44,180 nucleotides of DNA from Thermodesulfovibrionales bacterium (GCA_046290845.1 JBKBUA010000005.1:1-44180), one strand, 5' to 3'; positions 1-10,400 are shown, counted from the stretch's first letter. Notes: generated from the letters alone by a model not told the origin. A program made the numbers and translations.

Positions 1-1
1 C

Positions 2-151
2 CTTATAAGACTGACCCCACAGATTATAAGGGTCTACGAAACCCTCAGAAAGTGGGACATAGCAAGACTTGAAAGGATAAGATTAACAGAGCCTTTAATC
101 AGGGAACTTTTTAGCATACTCGATGCCCACATAAAGAAGGTCATTGGTTAA
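2..151 (+). CDS. 3' end of an unidentified ORF entering from upstream of the window (...ILDAHIKKVIG*)
   Basis: Frame is open from the window edge to TAA at 149-151 (49 codons). No diagnostic motif. Confidence 0.2.
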   Translation, partial: LIRLTPQIIRVYETLRKWDIARLERIRLTEPLIRELFSILDAHIKKVIG

Positions 152-389
152 TGGCTTATTCCTTTCTAAAACAACTGAAACCTTCGCTCTCTGTATTCCC
201 TGCGGTCAATTATGCCCTGTTTATAGAGGGTCTTCCATCTATTTGCTTCAATATTTATGCCGCTCGTGAATGAAAGGGATAGGAATATTGCACCAATAAG
301 GATTGGGAAAATTCACAGGGGTCGAAAATTCATAGGTCAGGTCTTGAAATATAACAAAACTGATAATGCAACCCTGATATTATGAAAAA

Positions 390-500
390 GGCTGCAACCT
401 CGTGGGGTTATAATGGGTCTCATAGGACCAGTCCCGCATAGGGCGGGATAAAGATGCTCATCCCCTTGGGATGGCATAAAACCTTTCAGGAGGTGCAGCC
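390..500 (+). ncRNA. Candidate structured RNA / multi-hairpin element of unknown class
   Basis: Closing helix GGCTGCA(A)CCTC 390-401 pairs with GAGGTGCAGCC 490-500 (11 bp, one bulge). It is extended by GGGGTT 404-409 / AACCTT 480-485, which includes two G-U pairs that only work on the + strand. Three hairpins sit inside: GGTC/GACC 416-429 (weak), CCCGC-ATAGG-GCGGG 433-447, and ATGC(T)CATCCC-CTT-GGGATGGCAT 454-477. No ORF longer than ~25 codons crosses it. Confidence 0.3.
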
Positions 501-518
501 TTGTATTAATTACCATAA

Positions 519-770
519 AAACTCATAGAATGTCAAGAGTTCAAGAGGGTTGACCCAAAAGAGATATGGGCAGAAAGCCATCCCGAATTTTATCCTGTCA
601 GAATCAATACATCTGATAGAGAGGATTGTTTAAGGGTGCCGGGATTTGGGCCAAAGACAGTAGGAATGATTCTGAAAATAAGGCGCGAAAAAAGAATCAC
701 CCGCCTTGAAGACTTAGGCAGTAAAGGCTGGAGACTCGAAAAGGCAAAACAGTATGTGATTTTTGAGTGA
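519..770 (+). pseudogene. C-terminal remnant (83 codons, no start codon) with a helix-hairpin-helix motif, resembling the C-terminus of the 'putative DNA modification/repair radical SAM protein' family
   Basis: The frame opens right after TAA 516-518 and ends at TGA 768-770. Translation: ...DPKEIWAESHPEFYPVRINTSDREDCLRVPGFGPKTVGMILKIRREKRITRLEDLG.... The LRVPGxGxKT motif is an HhH signature. No ATG/GTG/TTG lies near the 5' end, and no radical-SAM core is found upstream. Confidence 0.4.
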
Positions 771-1095
771 GCTGAAAATCAGGCTCCATATGCTGCCTAT
801 CGCTTTTCACGGGAAGACATGCTCAATCAGGCAAGGCAGTTGAGGACTGTACTGACAATGCTCACGAGCAAGGGCACCTTTAAAGGCAGGCCAGAAGCCA
901 CTTATATGAAATCCGAGATTCAGGGAGTCTGAAAAGTAAGCGGTAAGCCGATTAATTTTCATGGACATTTAATATGATCTAATCGGAACTGTAGAAGAAC
1001 CACATAAAATCATATAAAATTTAGTATAATTACATATCAATTGCATCGTGAGTTGTGAGCTTGTCGAACAGCCGAACCGACAAAGGAGGATTCCT

Positions 1096-1674
1096 ATGAA
1101 GATATCAATGGGTCCAAGACCGCTTTTATTTCCCACGCCTGTACTTGCCGTTGGCACCTATGACAGCGAGGGAAGACCAAATGTGATGATCGTTGCCTGG
1201 GGAGGTCTATGCTGCTCCCAACCCCCTTCTGTGGCGATCTCGGTGAGAAAACCAACCTATACCTATTCTAATCTGTTAGACAGAAAGGCCTTTACGATAA
1301 GTATCCCTTCAGAGGATTATATTAAGGAGGCCGACTACCTCGGCATGGTCTCGGGAAAGACAGAGGATAAATTCTCAAAGGCAGGTCTAACACCTGAAAG
1401 GGCAGAGCATGTGGATGCCCCTTATGTGAAGGAATTCCCACTGATACTTGAATGCAGGGTTACTCATGTTGTTGAGATAGGTTTACATACCCAGTTCATT
1501 GGCGAGATCATGGATGTTAAGATCGATGAGGACAAAACCAATGAGAAAAGGCTCCCTGTTATAGAGAAACTCAAGCCCTTTTCTTTTATCCCCGACATCA
1601 GGGCATACTATGGCATTAGCAGATTTATTAGTAATGCCTTTTCCATCGGTAAGGAGATAAAGGAGAGGCACTGA
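1096..1674 (+). CDS. Flavin reductase-like FMN-binding protein (flavoredoxin-like)
   Basis: AAGGAGG at 1083-1089 lies 6 nt before ATG 1096, so the track start at 1048 is probably too early. Split-barrel flavin reductase-like sequence (PVLAVGTYDSEGRPNVMIVAWGG..., ...FPLILECRV...). Confidence 0.8.
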   Translation: MKISMGPRPLLFPTPVLAVGTYDSEGRPNVMIVAWGGLCCSQPPSVAISVRKPTYTYSNLLDRKAFTISIPSEDYIKEADYLGMVSGKTEDKFSKAGLTPERAEHVDAPYVKEFPLILECRVTHVVEIGLHTQFIGEIMDVKIDEDKTNEKRLPVIEKLKPFSFIPDIRAYYGISRFISNAFSIGKEIKERH

Positions 1675-1683
1675 TTATAAGAG

Positions 1684-2562
1684 GTGAAAAATGTCTGGAT
1701 CTTTTATGCCCTTTTATCAGCATTCTTTCTCGCAACAAGTGATGCCCTCACAAAGAGGGCTGTAAAGAAAGAGAATGAGTATCTCGTTGCATGGTTCAGG
1801 CTTTTTTTCACACTGCCTGTTTTAATACCCCTTTTCTTCCTGATACCCGTACCTGCTCTGGATAAAAGCTTTTACTTCGCCTTCTTCTCGGCCATTCCCC
1901 TCGAGATCATAACTGTCTTTCTCTATGTGAAGGCTATTAAACTATCACCCCTCAATCTAACCCTTCCATTCCTGAGCCTCACCCCCCTTTTCCTGACCTT
2001 TGTCTCTTATATTATAGTTGGGGAAAGGGTCTCCTTCGAGGGTTTCGCTGGCATTGTCCTGATCGTGGCAGGTGGTTATACCCTCAATGCAGATAGATCT
2101 CTATCAGGTCTCTCAGGACCGATAAGGGCGATCCTGAAAGAAAAGGGTTCTTTATTAATGATTATCGTAGCCTTTATCTATAGCTTCACCTCATCACTCG
2201 GAAAGGTCGCTCTCGAGCATTCCTCACCTCTATTTTTTGGTATTAGCTATTTCTTCGTCCTCACAGTCCTTTCAGCACCCCTGAGCCTAGGGATGGGAAA
2301 AAGAAGCCTCGGTGATTTTGTCTCAAGAGGGGTTTACTGGAAGCTATTACCGCCAGGTCTCTTCTATGGGTTAATGGTCATATTTCATATGCTCGCCCTT
2401 GATCTCACAAAGGTTGCCTACATGATATCAGTAAAGAGACTTAGCCTCGTAATAGGGGTGATCTATGGATATGTCTTTTTCAAGGAGGAAAAATTCGGGC
2501 AGAGGCTGCTCGGAACCATCATCATGCTCGCAGGCTTTGTTATCCTCGTAAATGCAGATTGA
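1684..2562 (+). CDS. EamA/DMT-family permease (about 10 TM helices)
   Basis: Hydrophobic throughout with two EamA-like halves. GTG start directly after the stop of the preceding gene. Confidence 0.75.
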   Translation: MKNVWIFYALLSAFFLATSDALTKRAVKKENEYLVAWFRLFFTLPVLIPLFFLIPVPALDKSFYFAFFSAIPLEIITVFLYVKAIKLSPLNLTLPFLSLTPLFLTFVSYIIVGERVSFEGFAGIVLIVAGGYTLNADRSLSGLSGPIRAILKEKGSLLMIIVAFIYSFTSSLGKVALEHSSPLFFGISYFFVLTVLSAPLSLGMGKRSLGDFVSRGVYWKLLPPGLFYGLMVIFHMLALDLTKVAYMISVKRLSLVIGVIYGYVFFKEEKFGQRLLGTIIMLAGFVILVNAD

Positions 2563-2567
2563 GAATT

Positions 2568-3893
2568 TCATTCCCCTCCCTCAACCCTTATAAAATGAGT
2601 GGGTTCTGTAACAACAGGTAGCTTATCAATCTCCTTAATTGCCTTCAAAACATCCCTTTCCACCGCAAGGTGAGTAAGTACCACAAGCGGGACGGCTCCT
2701 CCTATCCTTCTTCCCTTCTGAATCACCGAGGCGATGCTTATGTTATTGTCACCGAGGATGCCTGAAATCCTTGATAATACCCCTGGCTTGTCTATGGCGG
2801 AGAACCTGAAATAATACATACTCTCTATGTCCTCGATCTTTCTTATCCTGAGTGCAGAGGGTCTCAGGAAATGATACCGTTCCTCATCGTGAGCCTGTCG
2901 AACCGAACCTGTCTCCATCTTGTTTATTTCCTTACCTATGTCCACTACATCAGCCACAACCGCACTTCCTGTAGGCATATCACCGGCTCCTCTACCATAA
3001 TATAAGGTTGAGCCAACAGCATCTCCCTCAACATAAATAGCATTATATACGCCATCAACCTTTGAGATCATATAATTATGGGGTATCATCGTTGGGTGAA
3101 CCCTCATCTCTACCTCATCATCAACTGCCTTTGTTATGGCTAAAAGCTTAATCTTATAGCCCAACTCCTTTGCAAAATCTATATCCTCAGGGGTTATCCT
3201 CGTTATACCTTCCTTATAAACATCATTGTATGAAAGGGGTATACCATATGCAAGGGATGAAAGAATAGTCAGTTTATGGGCCGAATCTATCCCTTCAATA
3301 TCAAAGGTTGGATCTGCCTCAGCATAACCGAGTTCCTGTGCCTCCTTAAGGGCAACGGAGAAATCCTTACCCTCCTCTGTCATCTTTGTAAGTATATAAT
3401 TGGATGTGCCATTAATAATCCCATAGATATTTATTATCCTGTTTGCAACAAGTCCTTCACGCATGACCTTAATGATAGGGATGCCACCAGCAACAGAGGC
3501 CTCAAAACCTAGTGAAACTCCGTTCTTCTCAGCCTCTGCGAATATCTCATTACCCTCTGTAGCGAGAAGGGCCTTGTTTGCCGTAACAACATGCTTTTTG
3601 TTTCTTATCGCTCTGAGAATAAACTCCTTAGCAGGATGAATACCACCTATGAGCTCAATAACTATATCGATCTCTTCATCATTAATGATATCATCAGCCT
3701 CTGTTGTGAGGACACCATCTGGAACCTTAATACCCCTATCCCTCTCGATGTCGAGGTCTGCTATCCTTTTTAGCCTTACATCGAGACCTGTCTTTTCATA
3801 AATGATGTCCCTGTTATTGAGCAATATCTTTACAGTGCCTGTCCCTACCGTTCCAAATCCTATAATCCCAACTGATAGAGATTCTTTCTTCAC
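2568..3893 (-). CDS. hom: Homoserine dehydrogenase with C-terminal ACT domain
   Basis: N-terminal Rossmann motif GIIGFGTVGTG, catalytic-domain motifs (...VVTANKAL..., GIINGTSNYILT, AEADPTFDIEG) and an ACT-like tail (YYFRFSAIDKPGVLSRISGILG). Confidence 0.93.
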   Translation of the reverse strand: MKKESLSVGIIGFGTVGTGTVKILLNNRDIIYEKTGLDVRLKRIADLDIERDRGIKVPDGVLTTEADDIINDEEIDIVIELIGGIHPAKEFILRAIRNKKHVVTANKALLATEGNEIFAEAEKNGVSLGFEASVAGGIPIIKVMREGLVANRIINIYGIINGTSNYILTKMTEEGKDFSVALKEAQELGYAEADPTFDIEGIDSAHKLTILSSLAYGIPLSYNDVYKEGITRITPEDIDFAKELGYKIKLLAITKAVDDEVEMRVHPTMIPHNYMISKVDGVYNAIYVEGDAVGSTLYYGRGAGDMPTGSAVVADVVDIGKEINKMETGSVRQAHDEERYHFLRPSALRIRKIEDIESMYYFRFSAIDKPGVLSRISGILGDNNISIASVIQKGRRIGGAVPLVVLTHLAVERDVLKAIKEIDKLPVVTEPTHFIRVEGGE

Positions 3894-4037
3894 CTTCTCA
3901 CCTCACGGATAATTTCTCAGATATTATGCTCTAAAAAAGCCTTTCACTTCAATACGGAAGGAATAAAGATATTATTTTTGAGGCAATTCGGCAGTTGAAA
4001 TGTTTGGCTAATCATTTTATAATTTTCAAGGGGTTAT

Positions 4038-4607
4038 ATGGAAGACACGAAATACTGTCTATGCTGTGGAGAGAATGTTCCCTACAATTATGTAGAGAGG
4101 TTTGAGAGGAGGGAACTCACCTGTGTGTACTGCGGCTTCACCCTCGATGTCCAGAAACTGTGGGAGCCCTCCGAAGCCTCTGATGGTTATGTCCTCGTTG
4201 CAGAGGACTCAAGGTATGTGAGGAATATAATTACTGATGCCCTTAAGGCGAGCAAGGTCTATACGAATGTTATGGCCTTTGAAAATGGCCTTGAGCTGAT
4301 AACAGCCTTCTCGAGGCTTATTACTGACAAAACTCCTGTAAACATACTTATCATAGACCTGAATATGCCTGTCATGGACGGTATAACAGCAGCCCGAACC
4401 ATAAGGGCGATCGAGACACAGAACAAGATACCTGCTGCACCAATTGTATTTTTTTCAGCCACAAAGGCTGATGAATCACTGAAGGCACAGATGGAACTCC
4501 TGAGTCCTGCGAGCTATGTGAATAAGGGCAATGACCCTGACCCTGACCAACTTGCAAAAAGGGTCGAACAACTCGTTGGCTATCTCATAGAGAAATACAG
4601 GAAGTGA
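4038..4607 (+). CDS. Stand-alone response regulator (receiver domain) with N-terminal CxxC...CxxC zinc-ribbon
   Basis: CLCCG...CVYCG in the first 33 residues. Receiver motifs follow: VLVAEDS, IIDLNMPVMDG, FFSATK. Confidence 0.8.
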   Translation: MEDTKYCLCCGENVPYNYVERFERRELTCVYCGFTLDVQKLWEPSEASDGYVLVAEDSRYVRNIITDALKASKVYTNVMAFENGLELITAFSRLITDKTPVNILIIDLNMPVMDGITAARTIRAIETQNKIPAAPIVFFSATKADESLKAQMELLSPASYVNKGNDPDPDQLAKRVEQLVGYLIEKYRK

Positions 4608-4626
4608 TCATTTTCGACGAGACCGC

Positions 4627-5334
4627 CTATTTTCTCTTCTGTCCCCGTGGCCATGGTGATTTATCCTTCACTTCAACCACCCTTATAAGGTAACCAAAAG
4701 GGTAGTCAGGTTGATAGATATGAAATCTGTCGAATTCAAAGAGTCTTCTTGCTGCAAGGAGGTATCTATAATAAATATTATCCTTTTTGAGTATCTCGAC
4801 CCTTCCATTCACCTGAAAACTGATATACTGAACAGCAACAGGACTATGGTGATTAACCGTTTGCATTTCCTCGGGCTCAACAGATACACCCATGTACAAA
4901 AGGCTTGCCATGGAATTATCTCTCATATTCTTAAAAGCCGTCCCTTCAAATATCTCGAGACCTCCGAGAAGTTCAGGATCAAAATTTTCAATATCAGAGT
5001 AAAGCCTTTCCATTACCCCTGTCCTTTTTGGAAGGCTTTCAATCCAGGGCATCGTCCTCGCATCAGCAATGGTTGCCTCAAAGAGATCTATGTAATCCAT
5101 GAGGATTTCTTTTTTTGGAATCAGACCTATCCCTTTAACAGTCAGATTCACAGGGAACTCCTCACCATCCCTCCATGTTGCCATCACAGGTAGATGGGCA
5201 GAAAAATAACGCATGGGGCTGCCAGCCTTCATCCCCTCGAGGAATCTAACCCTCGATGTCGCAAGCCACTGGAGGAAATAAGACGGTATGCCCTTAGAAA
5301 TAGGACCAACCCGAGTTAGATCTTCTTTTTTCAT
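4627..5334 (-). CDS. Conserved-looking cytoplasmic protein of unknown function, last gene of the NXR-like operon
   Basis: 235-aa ORF with no signal peptide or TM helix. Its start lies 2 nt after the gamma-subunit stop. No motif I can assign. Confidence 0.55.
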   Translation of the reverse strand: MKKEDLTRVGPISKGIPSYFLQWLATSRVRFLEGMKAGSPMRYFSAHLPVMATWRDGEEFPVNLTVKGIGLIPKKEILMDYIDLFEATIADARTMPWIESLPKRTGVMERLYSDIENFDPELLGGLEIFEGTAFKNMRDNSMASLLYMGVSVEPEEMQTVNHHSPVAVQYISFQVNGRVEILKKDNIYYRYLLAARRLFEFDRFHIYQPDYPFGYLIRVVEVKDKSPWPRGQKRK

Positions 5335-5335
5335 C

Positions 5336-6259
5336 TCATCCCCTCTTTTTCCTGATCAGGAAGATTATCCCTGCCAAGATGGCGGCAGTCACTACAAAGG
5401 CTATTACAGGATAAATATAGGTAGTCTTTTTCTCCTCTGTCTCAAGCCCTACATAATACCAGGTTGATACCACCTTTCTGCCTCCTCTATCGCCATTAGA
5501 GCCATCCCATACAGCAAAGGCAACAGGCGTTACCCCGCCTTCCTTGAAAAGTGCCTCAAATCTCTCAGAAGATGATAGGGGTCTTTTGAAGGAGACTATC
5601 CATTTATTACCATCCCTGAGCCCCTTTCCCGTAACATTCTGATTATCAGCCTTCTCCATATCGGTGGCGCTACCAAATCCCTGGGCAATTATGTTCTCTA
5701 CGGGATTTGTCCTCGGTCTTGAGACAGGATTACCGACCTCAATACCACCCGCAAAATCATCCACCATGGCATAGAGTTTTCTTTGCTCCTCAGGCTTCTG
5801 CCATGTTGCCTTCCAGAACCATATATTAACGGTATTTTCCTTATCACCCATGGCAAAATGAGGCTTTTCCTTTGCAGTCTGCGAGGGGAATTCGAGGGCA
5901 ACGGCATCAGAAAATTTATCAATGTCAACAGTTGAATCCTCTGAAGGGTCTTCCCATTCAATAAGAAAGGCTATGTCCTTTGTGTTGTGCATTGCCCTGA
6001 CCTTCAATTCCTTTATCTTTGACTCATATATCCTCGGCTTTGCCATCACCTGTGGCACGAGAGGGACATTAATGGCTGTAGCCCTTCCCCATGCCCCATC
6101 CTTTGGGTCTGATGGCAAGTCACCGCTTACTTTTTTTGCCATGATGATAAGTCCCTGAGAATAAACATAATCAGTAAGAAGCAGAACACAGAGCAGAGAG
6201 AACAGAGCACATAATTTATTAACTTGAATCTTGAATCCTGAATCTTGAATCCTTCTCAT
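5336..6259 (-). CDS. Type II DMSO-reductase-family gamma subunit (EB_dh haem-b domain; NxrC/NarI-II-like) with signal peptide and C-terminal TM anchor
   Basis: AGGAGG 5 nt upstream of ATG 6259. Signal-like N-terminus. EB_dh pattern (VRAMHNTKDIAFLIEWEDPSED...FSDAVALEFP...HFAMGDK...NIWFWKA). C-terminal helix VIAFVVTAAILAGIIFLIRKKRG. Confidence 0.85.
   Translation of the reverse strand: MRRIQDSGFKIQVNKLCALFSLLCVLLLTDYVYSQGLIIMAKKVSGDLPSDPKDGAWGRATAINVPLVPQVMAKPRIYESKIKELKVRAMHNTKDIAFLIEWEDPSEDSTVDIDKFSDAVALEFPSQTAKEKPHFAMGDKENTVNIWFWKATWQKPEEQRKLYAMVDDFAGGIEVGNPVSRPRTNPVENIIAQGFGSATDMEKADNQNVTGKGLRDGNKWIVSFKRPLSSSERFEALFKEGGVTPVAFAVWDGSNGDRGGRKVVSTWYYVGLETEEKKTTYIYPVIAFVVTAAILAGIIFLIRKKRG
6224..6251 (-). 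repeat. Tandem heptanucleotide repeat (GATTCAA/GATTCAG)x4 inside codons 3-12 of the gamma-subunit gene
   Basis: + strand reads TTGAATC TTGAATC CTGAATC TTGAATC (6224-6251) and encodes RIQDSGFKIQ. The same repeat recurs at 11537-11571. Confidence 0.9.
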
Positions 6260-6267
6260 ACCGCCTC

Positions 6268-7401
6268 CTATGTTATGTTATGACGATAGACCTCGAGCCT
6301 TTCGTCATAATAAGGTCTTATGAAAACTGGTTCCTTTATCGGCACCTTAATTATCTCCTTACCCTTCATGTCATAACCTGTAACTATCCCCTTTGAGACA
6401 TGAAATTTCGTTACCCAGAACTCGGTGGAGCCGAAGATTGTCAAGGCTCCAAGAAGTGCCTCATCATTATGGGCATTTCTGTATGTCCTGATAGCGTCCT
6501 CGACACCAGGGCCAAACATCTGTTTGAGATATGGAACAGGAACATGTATAGGTGGTATATAATAGACATTTGGCTCGAGACCGAACTGGGGGAATAGGGG
6601 TAAAGCTATCTTCTTTATATGGACCAGATAATCTACGGGGTTTGAAGGGTCTGCCTTATCAGGTGTATGTATCCAGCCGTTGAGTCTTATCCTGCCAATG
6701 CATGTCCTTATGCACTGCGTCTGTTCACCCTGCTCAATTAGAGGATAACAACCAATGCATTTTTCAGCGATCTTTGTGTTTCTATTAAAGAAGACCTTTT
6801 TATAAGGACAGGCCCTTACACATTCCCTGTATCCACGGCACCTTGACTGGTCAACAAGCACTATACCATCTTCAGGTCTCTTATATATCGCCTTTCTCGG
6901 ACAGGCAGCAAGACAGGCAGGATAAGTACAGTGATTGCATATCCTTGGTAAGTAGAAGTGCCACACCCTGTGGGGAAGGGTAATATAATCACCATTCTTC
7001 ACCTCTCCATAGGGTTCATCCTCACCAACATTTGGGTAGGAATAGTCATCCTCCTCTGGTAGAAAACCCTGAGTCACGGTACCTCTCGGTGCTGTCTCAA
7101 ATATGGTCTTGCCTGTGTATTTTCTTCCTTCCCATCTCTGAGGTCCTAAGAGTTCGAGGAGTTTCACATCCCAGGCGAGGGGATAAAATCCATAAGGCTT
7201 TGACTCCACATTATTCCAGAACATGAACTCCTGCCCCTTACCTGTTGTCCATGTCTGTTTACATGCCATTGTGCAGGTCTGACAGGCAATGCATTTGTTA
7301 ATATCAAAGATAGCACTAAACTGCCTTTCAGGCCTGACCTCCTCATAGGGATAATACATATCCCTTCCAAGCTGCCAGTTCTTTACCTTAATCTTTGCCA
7401 T
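6268..7401 (-). CDS. Type II DMSO-reductase-family Fe-S beta subunit (NxrB/NarH-like)
   Basis: N-terminus [15 protein letters not shown]...[17 protein letters not shown]...[16 protein letters not shown], plus further Cys clusters ([32 protein letters not shown]). As far as I recall it is closest to Nitrospira/anammox NxrB. Confidence 0.9.
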   Translation of the reverse strand: MAKIKVKNWQLGRDMYYPYEEVRPERQFSAIFDINKCIACQTCTMACKQTWTTGKGQEFMFWNNVESKPYGFYPLAWDVKLLELLGPQRWEGRKYTGKTIFETAPRGTVTQGFLPEEDDYSYPNVGEDEPYGEVKNGDYITLPHRVWHFYLPRICNHCTYPACLAACPRKAIYKRPEDGIVLVDQSRCRGYRECVRACPYKKVFFNRNTKIAEKCIGCYPLIEQGEQTQCIRTCIGRIRLNGWIHTPDKADPSNPVDYLVHIKKIALPLFPQFGLEPNVYYIPPIHVPVPYLKQMFGPGVEDAIRTYRNAHNDEALLGALTIFGSTEFWVTKFHVSKGIVTGYDMKGKEIIKVPIKEPVFIRPYYDERLEVYRHNIT

Positions 7402-7410
7402 AAATCCTCC

Positions 7411-10400
7411 TTAACTAATATATCCTCCATTCAAATATCGCTTCATTGCCTCATTCTCATATCCTGCCCTATAGCCTAAGGCTGCAGGTCTCCATAGACC
7501 TTTACCACCAATTGCGCCGTCCTCTGCCTTTGTCACCTTTACAAAGGCCTCTCTCGGTGCACCAACAGGACAGTGAACATCAGGAAGAAAACCCTTACCT
7601 ATTTGCTGCCCGAAGACCTCTTTTCTTACGAGGGAGTCTGTCATCAATGTTGGACCGAGCCATGTCCTCGTGCAGGATTGATGACCTCCATATCTGAATA
7701 TGGACTGGTAATTAGTCTCAGGGTTTCTTGCGAGACCATCAGGGTTTGTCTCGTGACCCTTAACAGAGCCATGGGTTGCCTGATACATGTTATGCCACAT
7801 TATCAAAACACCCCTCGGTATTGCACTGTAGTATCTGACTCTACACATCATCCTCGCCACCTTATAATCAGCAGGTTTCTTCTGCCATCCATGGAACGGT
7901 CTGTCCTCGGGGTCTGCATCTATCCAGACATAATCACCATCATTAATGCCCAGTTCCTTTGCATCGTGAGGGTTCATATTTACATAGGCCTCACCAACCC
8001 AGGGCTTTCTCTTATCCTTTCTGTAAATGTCTCCAAATGGTCCGTACCAGACTGTTATCACATCAAGGTCAATCGGTGTTGAGTGGGCACCATGACGATA
8101 CTTTGGAGTGATGAATAAGAATTTATAGCCCTTTTCTTTCATGAGGGGATGTCTCGTCTTTTTCAGTTCATCCCAGTGCTTAACGATATTCCTTACCTGC
8201 CTCACCTCTGTACTCAATTCTTCTTTCCTTAAACCAAAGTCCTCGGGCTGGATCGGTTTTAAAAGGGATATGGGTCTTGAAACAATCACATTCGGCTCAT
8301 AGAATGTTGCATCAATAGGCTCACGATAAACTGGAAGGTTTTCTCCATGTTCTATGAATTCTGGTTCTTCCCTGTAAAACTCAAGCCTTCCTGATTTTGT
8401 GTACCAGGGCTTGTCCTCATTAGTCTGCTCCCATCCAGTAACCTTTGGATAGGTTCTGAGATTTTTAAGAGATGGAATTCCCTTAAGTGCCTTTTCGTGA
8501 ATCTCCTTGAAGGAATAACCCTTCAAGGATGTGCTTGTCTTTGTAATCCTCTCAAGATAAACATCTACTTTATTCTCGTAGACAAATCTCCAGTAATCCT
8601 CAAATCTCCTGTCACCTGTGAGTTTTGTAAGTTTCCTCGCCACACCTGCCAGCGTATCAATATCTCCAACTGTGTCAAAGATCCTCTTTATCGGTGTCCT
8701 CGGATAGACCTGATTAAAGGGGTTTGTCACAGATCCGCAGAGGTCAGGATGCTTGAACTCAGCCCAGGAGTCCACTGCAAAGACAACATCAGAATACTCA
8801 CAGGACATGGTCCACCACCACTCTGCCATAATAACCGCCTCTACCTTTGGAAGGGCATTAACAACAACCTCATAGCTTCCCTTACAATTACCGATAAGAG
8901 AATTACTGTTTGCAAACCAGACAAGCTTTGATGGTGTTGGTATATGGGTCTTACCTGTGAATAGTCTATTGCCTATTCTAAGGGGCTTACTGTCATGGGC
9001 AAAGTAATGGGCAGACTCAAACTTCAGATAGGGCTTAACCCTTGCAAGTTTTGATGGGTCAAGCTCAATATCAAAGGGATTTTCAATTATATACTGTGGG
9101 AGACCATTATAAAGGGCGACCCTGTAATTTCCAGCATAACTTCCGGGAGAGCCACCGATATGACCGATATTGTTTGTTAATGCTGCAATAAGGAATATGC
9201 CTCTGTCCTTTAGGCTTGCATTGAAGAACTGATTCGGGCCCATTCCAACTGCAAAGAATGTGGCCTTCTTATTCTTTGCTATCTCATGGGCAAGGTTCCT
9301 TACAGCCTCCTGAGGTGCCCATGTTATCTCAGAGACTATCTCAGGAGTGAATTGAGATATATACTCCCAGAGGATGTCATAAACAGGCCTGACCTCGATG
9401 TCCTTTCCATCCACCGTCTTTACATTAAACTTCCCCGTGAATGCTGGCTCAACATTCAGAGACTTGAAGTATTTTCCCACCTGATCACGATTAACAGCCA
9501 CGGTCTTTTGAGCCTTGCTATCCCAAACAACAAAGTCTCCCCATTCAAGCCTCATATTTTCGGGTAAATACTGCTTTTCGTGCTTGAACGGTGGTGGTGC
9601 GGTCTTACCCTTTTCGATAACGGATATGTAATTCTTAAGATGAGAGGGTTTGTAATCCTTAATAATGTCAGAGGCCCTGAGAAGTTGCATCGTGTCTGTC
9701 CTGACAAGGAGCGGAAGGTCTGTGAAGGACTTAACAAAATCCTCATCATAAAGTTTTTCCTTCATAAGGATATGGGCAATTCCGAGCATTAAGGCATGAT
9801 CTGTTCCAGGTCTGATGATAATAACCTCATCTGATTTGTTCGCTGTTGACTGATATTCAATCGTTATATTAATTACCTTTGACCCTCTCTGCCTTGCCTC
9901 AGTGAGCCAGTGACCATCAGGCATCTTTGTAGAGATCCAGTTCATACCCCAGAGGGTTATGAGCTTTGATTTCTCAGCCATTGAGAGGTCGCAGTCTACG
10001 GTCTGCTGACCTGTGACCATTGGATGCCCTGGTGGAAGGTCTGTATGCCAGGAGTAATTATCAAGGTGTCTTGAACCGATTGCCTTATCAGGACCCGTAT
10101 TCCTTATGTGATTATCAAGAAGTGCCATCATATTGGCCATCCTTACAAATCCCATAAGCCTTGTTGCACCCAATAAAGGCATACCTCCTCTGAATTTCAG
10201 AACCTGTGTACCTGCCTTTTGCATCGCCTCAATCGATGCAGGGTCATAACCCTGTTTACTTAAATACTCTGCTCCTTTTTCACCAGTATAGGTCTCTGCA
10301 ATATTCTTTATCGCCTTTGCAACGAGTTCATAGGCCTCTTCATGGGAGACCTTTAACCACTTATCCTTTCCCCTCTGAAAGTATTTATCAGGTGCCCTTC

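Noticed and set aside
390-500. The cloverleaf-like element considered as a tRNA, in particular tRNA-Sec given the nearby TGA candidate, or as SRP RNA (a GGTCAGGTC string lies at about 345).
   Set aside because: There is no 7-nt anticodon loop, no T-loop (GTTCRANYC) and no D-loop features, and the stems have the wrong lengths. The SRP domain IV consensus (GGAAGGAAGCAGCC-like) is absent.
6224-6251. The heptamer arrays considered as CRISPR or a non-coding minisatellite.
   Set aside because: The units are only 7 nt with no spacers. Both arrays lie inside ORFs whose start codons have good SD sequences or coupling, so they are translated repeats.
7573-8082. Long + strand ORFs inside the minus-strand genes. 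Examples: 7573-8082, 8497-8931, 4711-5193, 17957-18361, 18514-18993, 21854-22276, 22695-23045, 27074-27457, 35282-35608, and 37938-38381 on the opposite strand of the kinase.
   Set aside because: Each lies entirely antisense to an ORF with strong family signatures. Their translations are low-complexity or Ser/Leu/Pro-rich with no motifs and no ribosome-binding sites. They are typical shadow ORFs.
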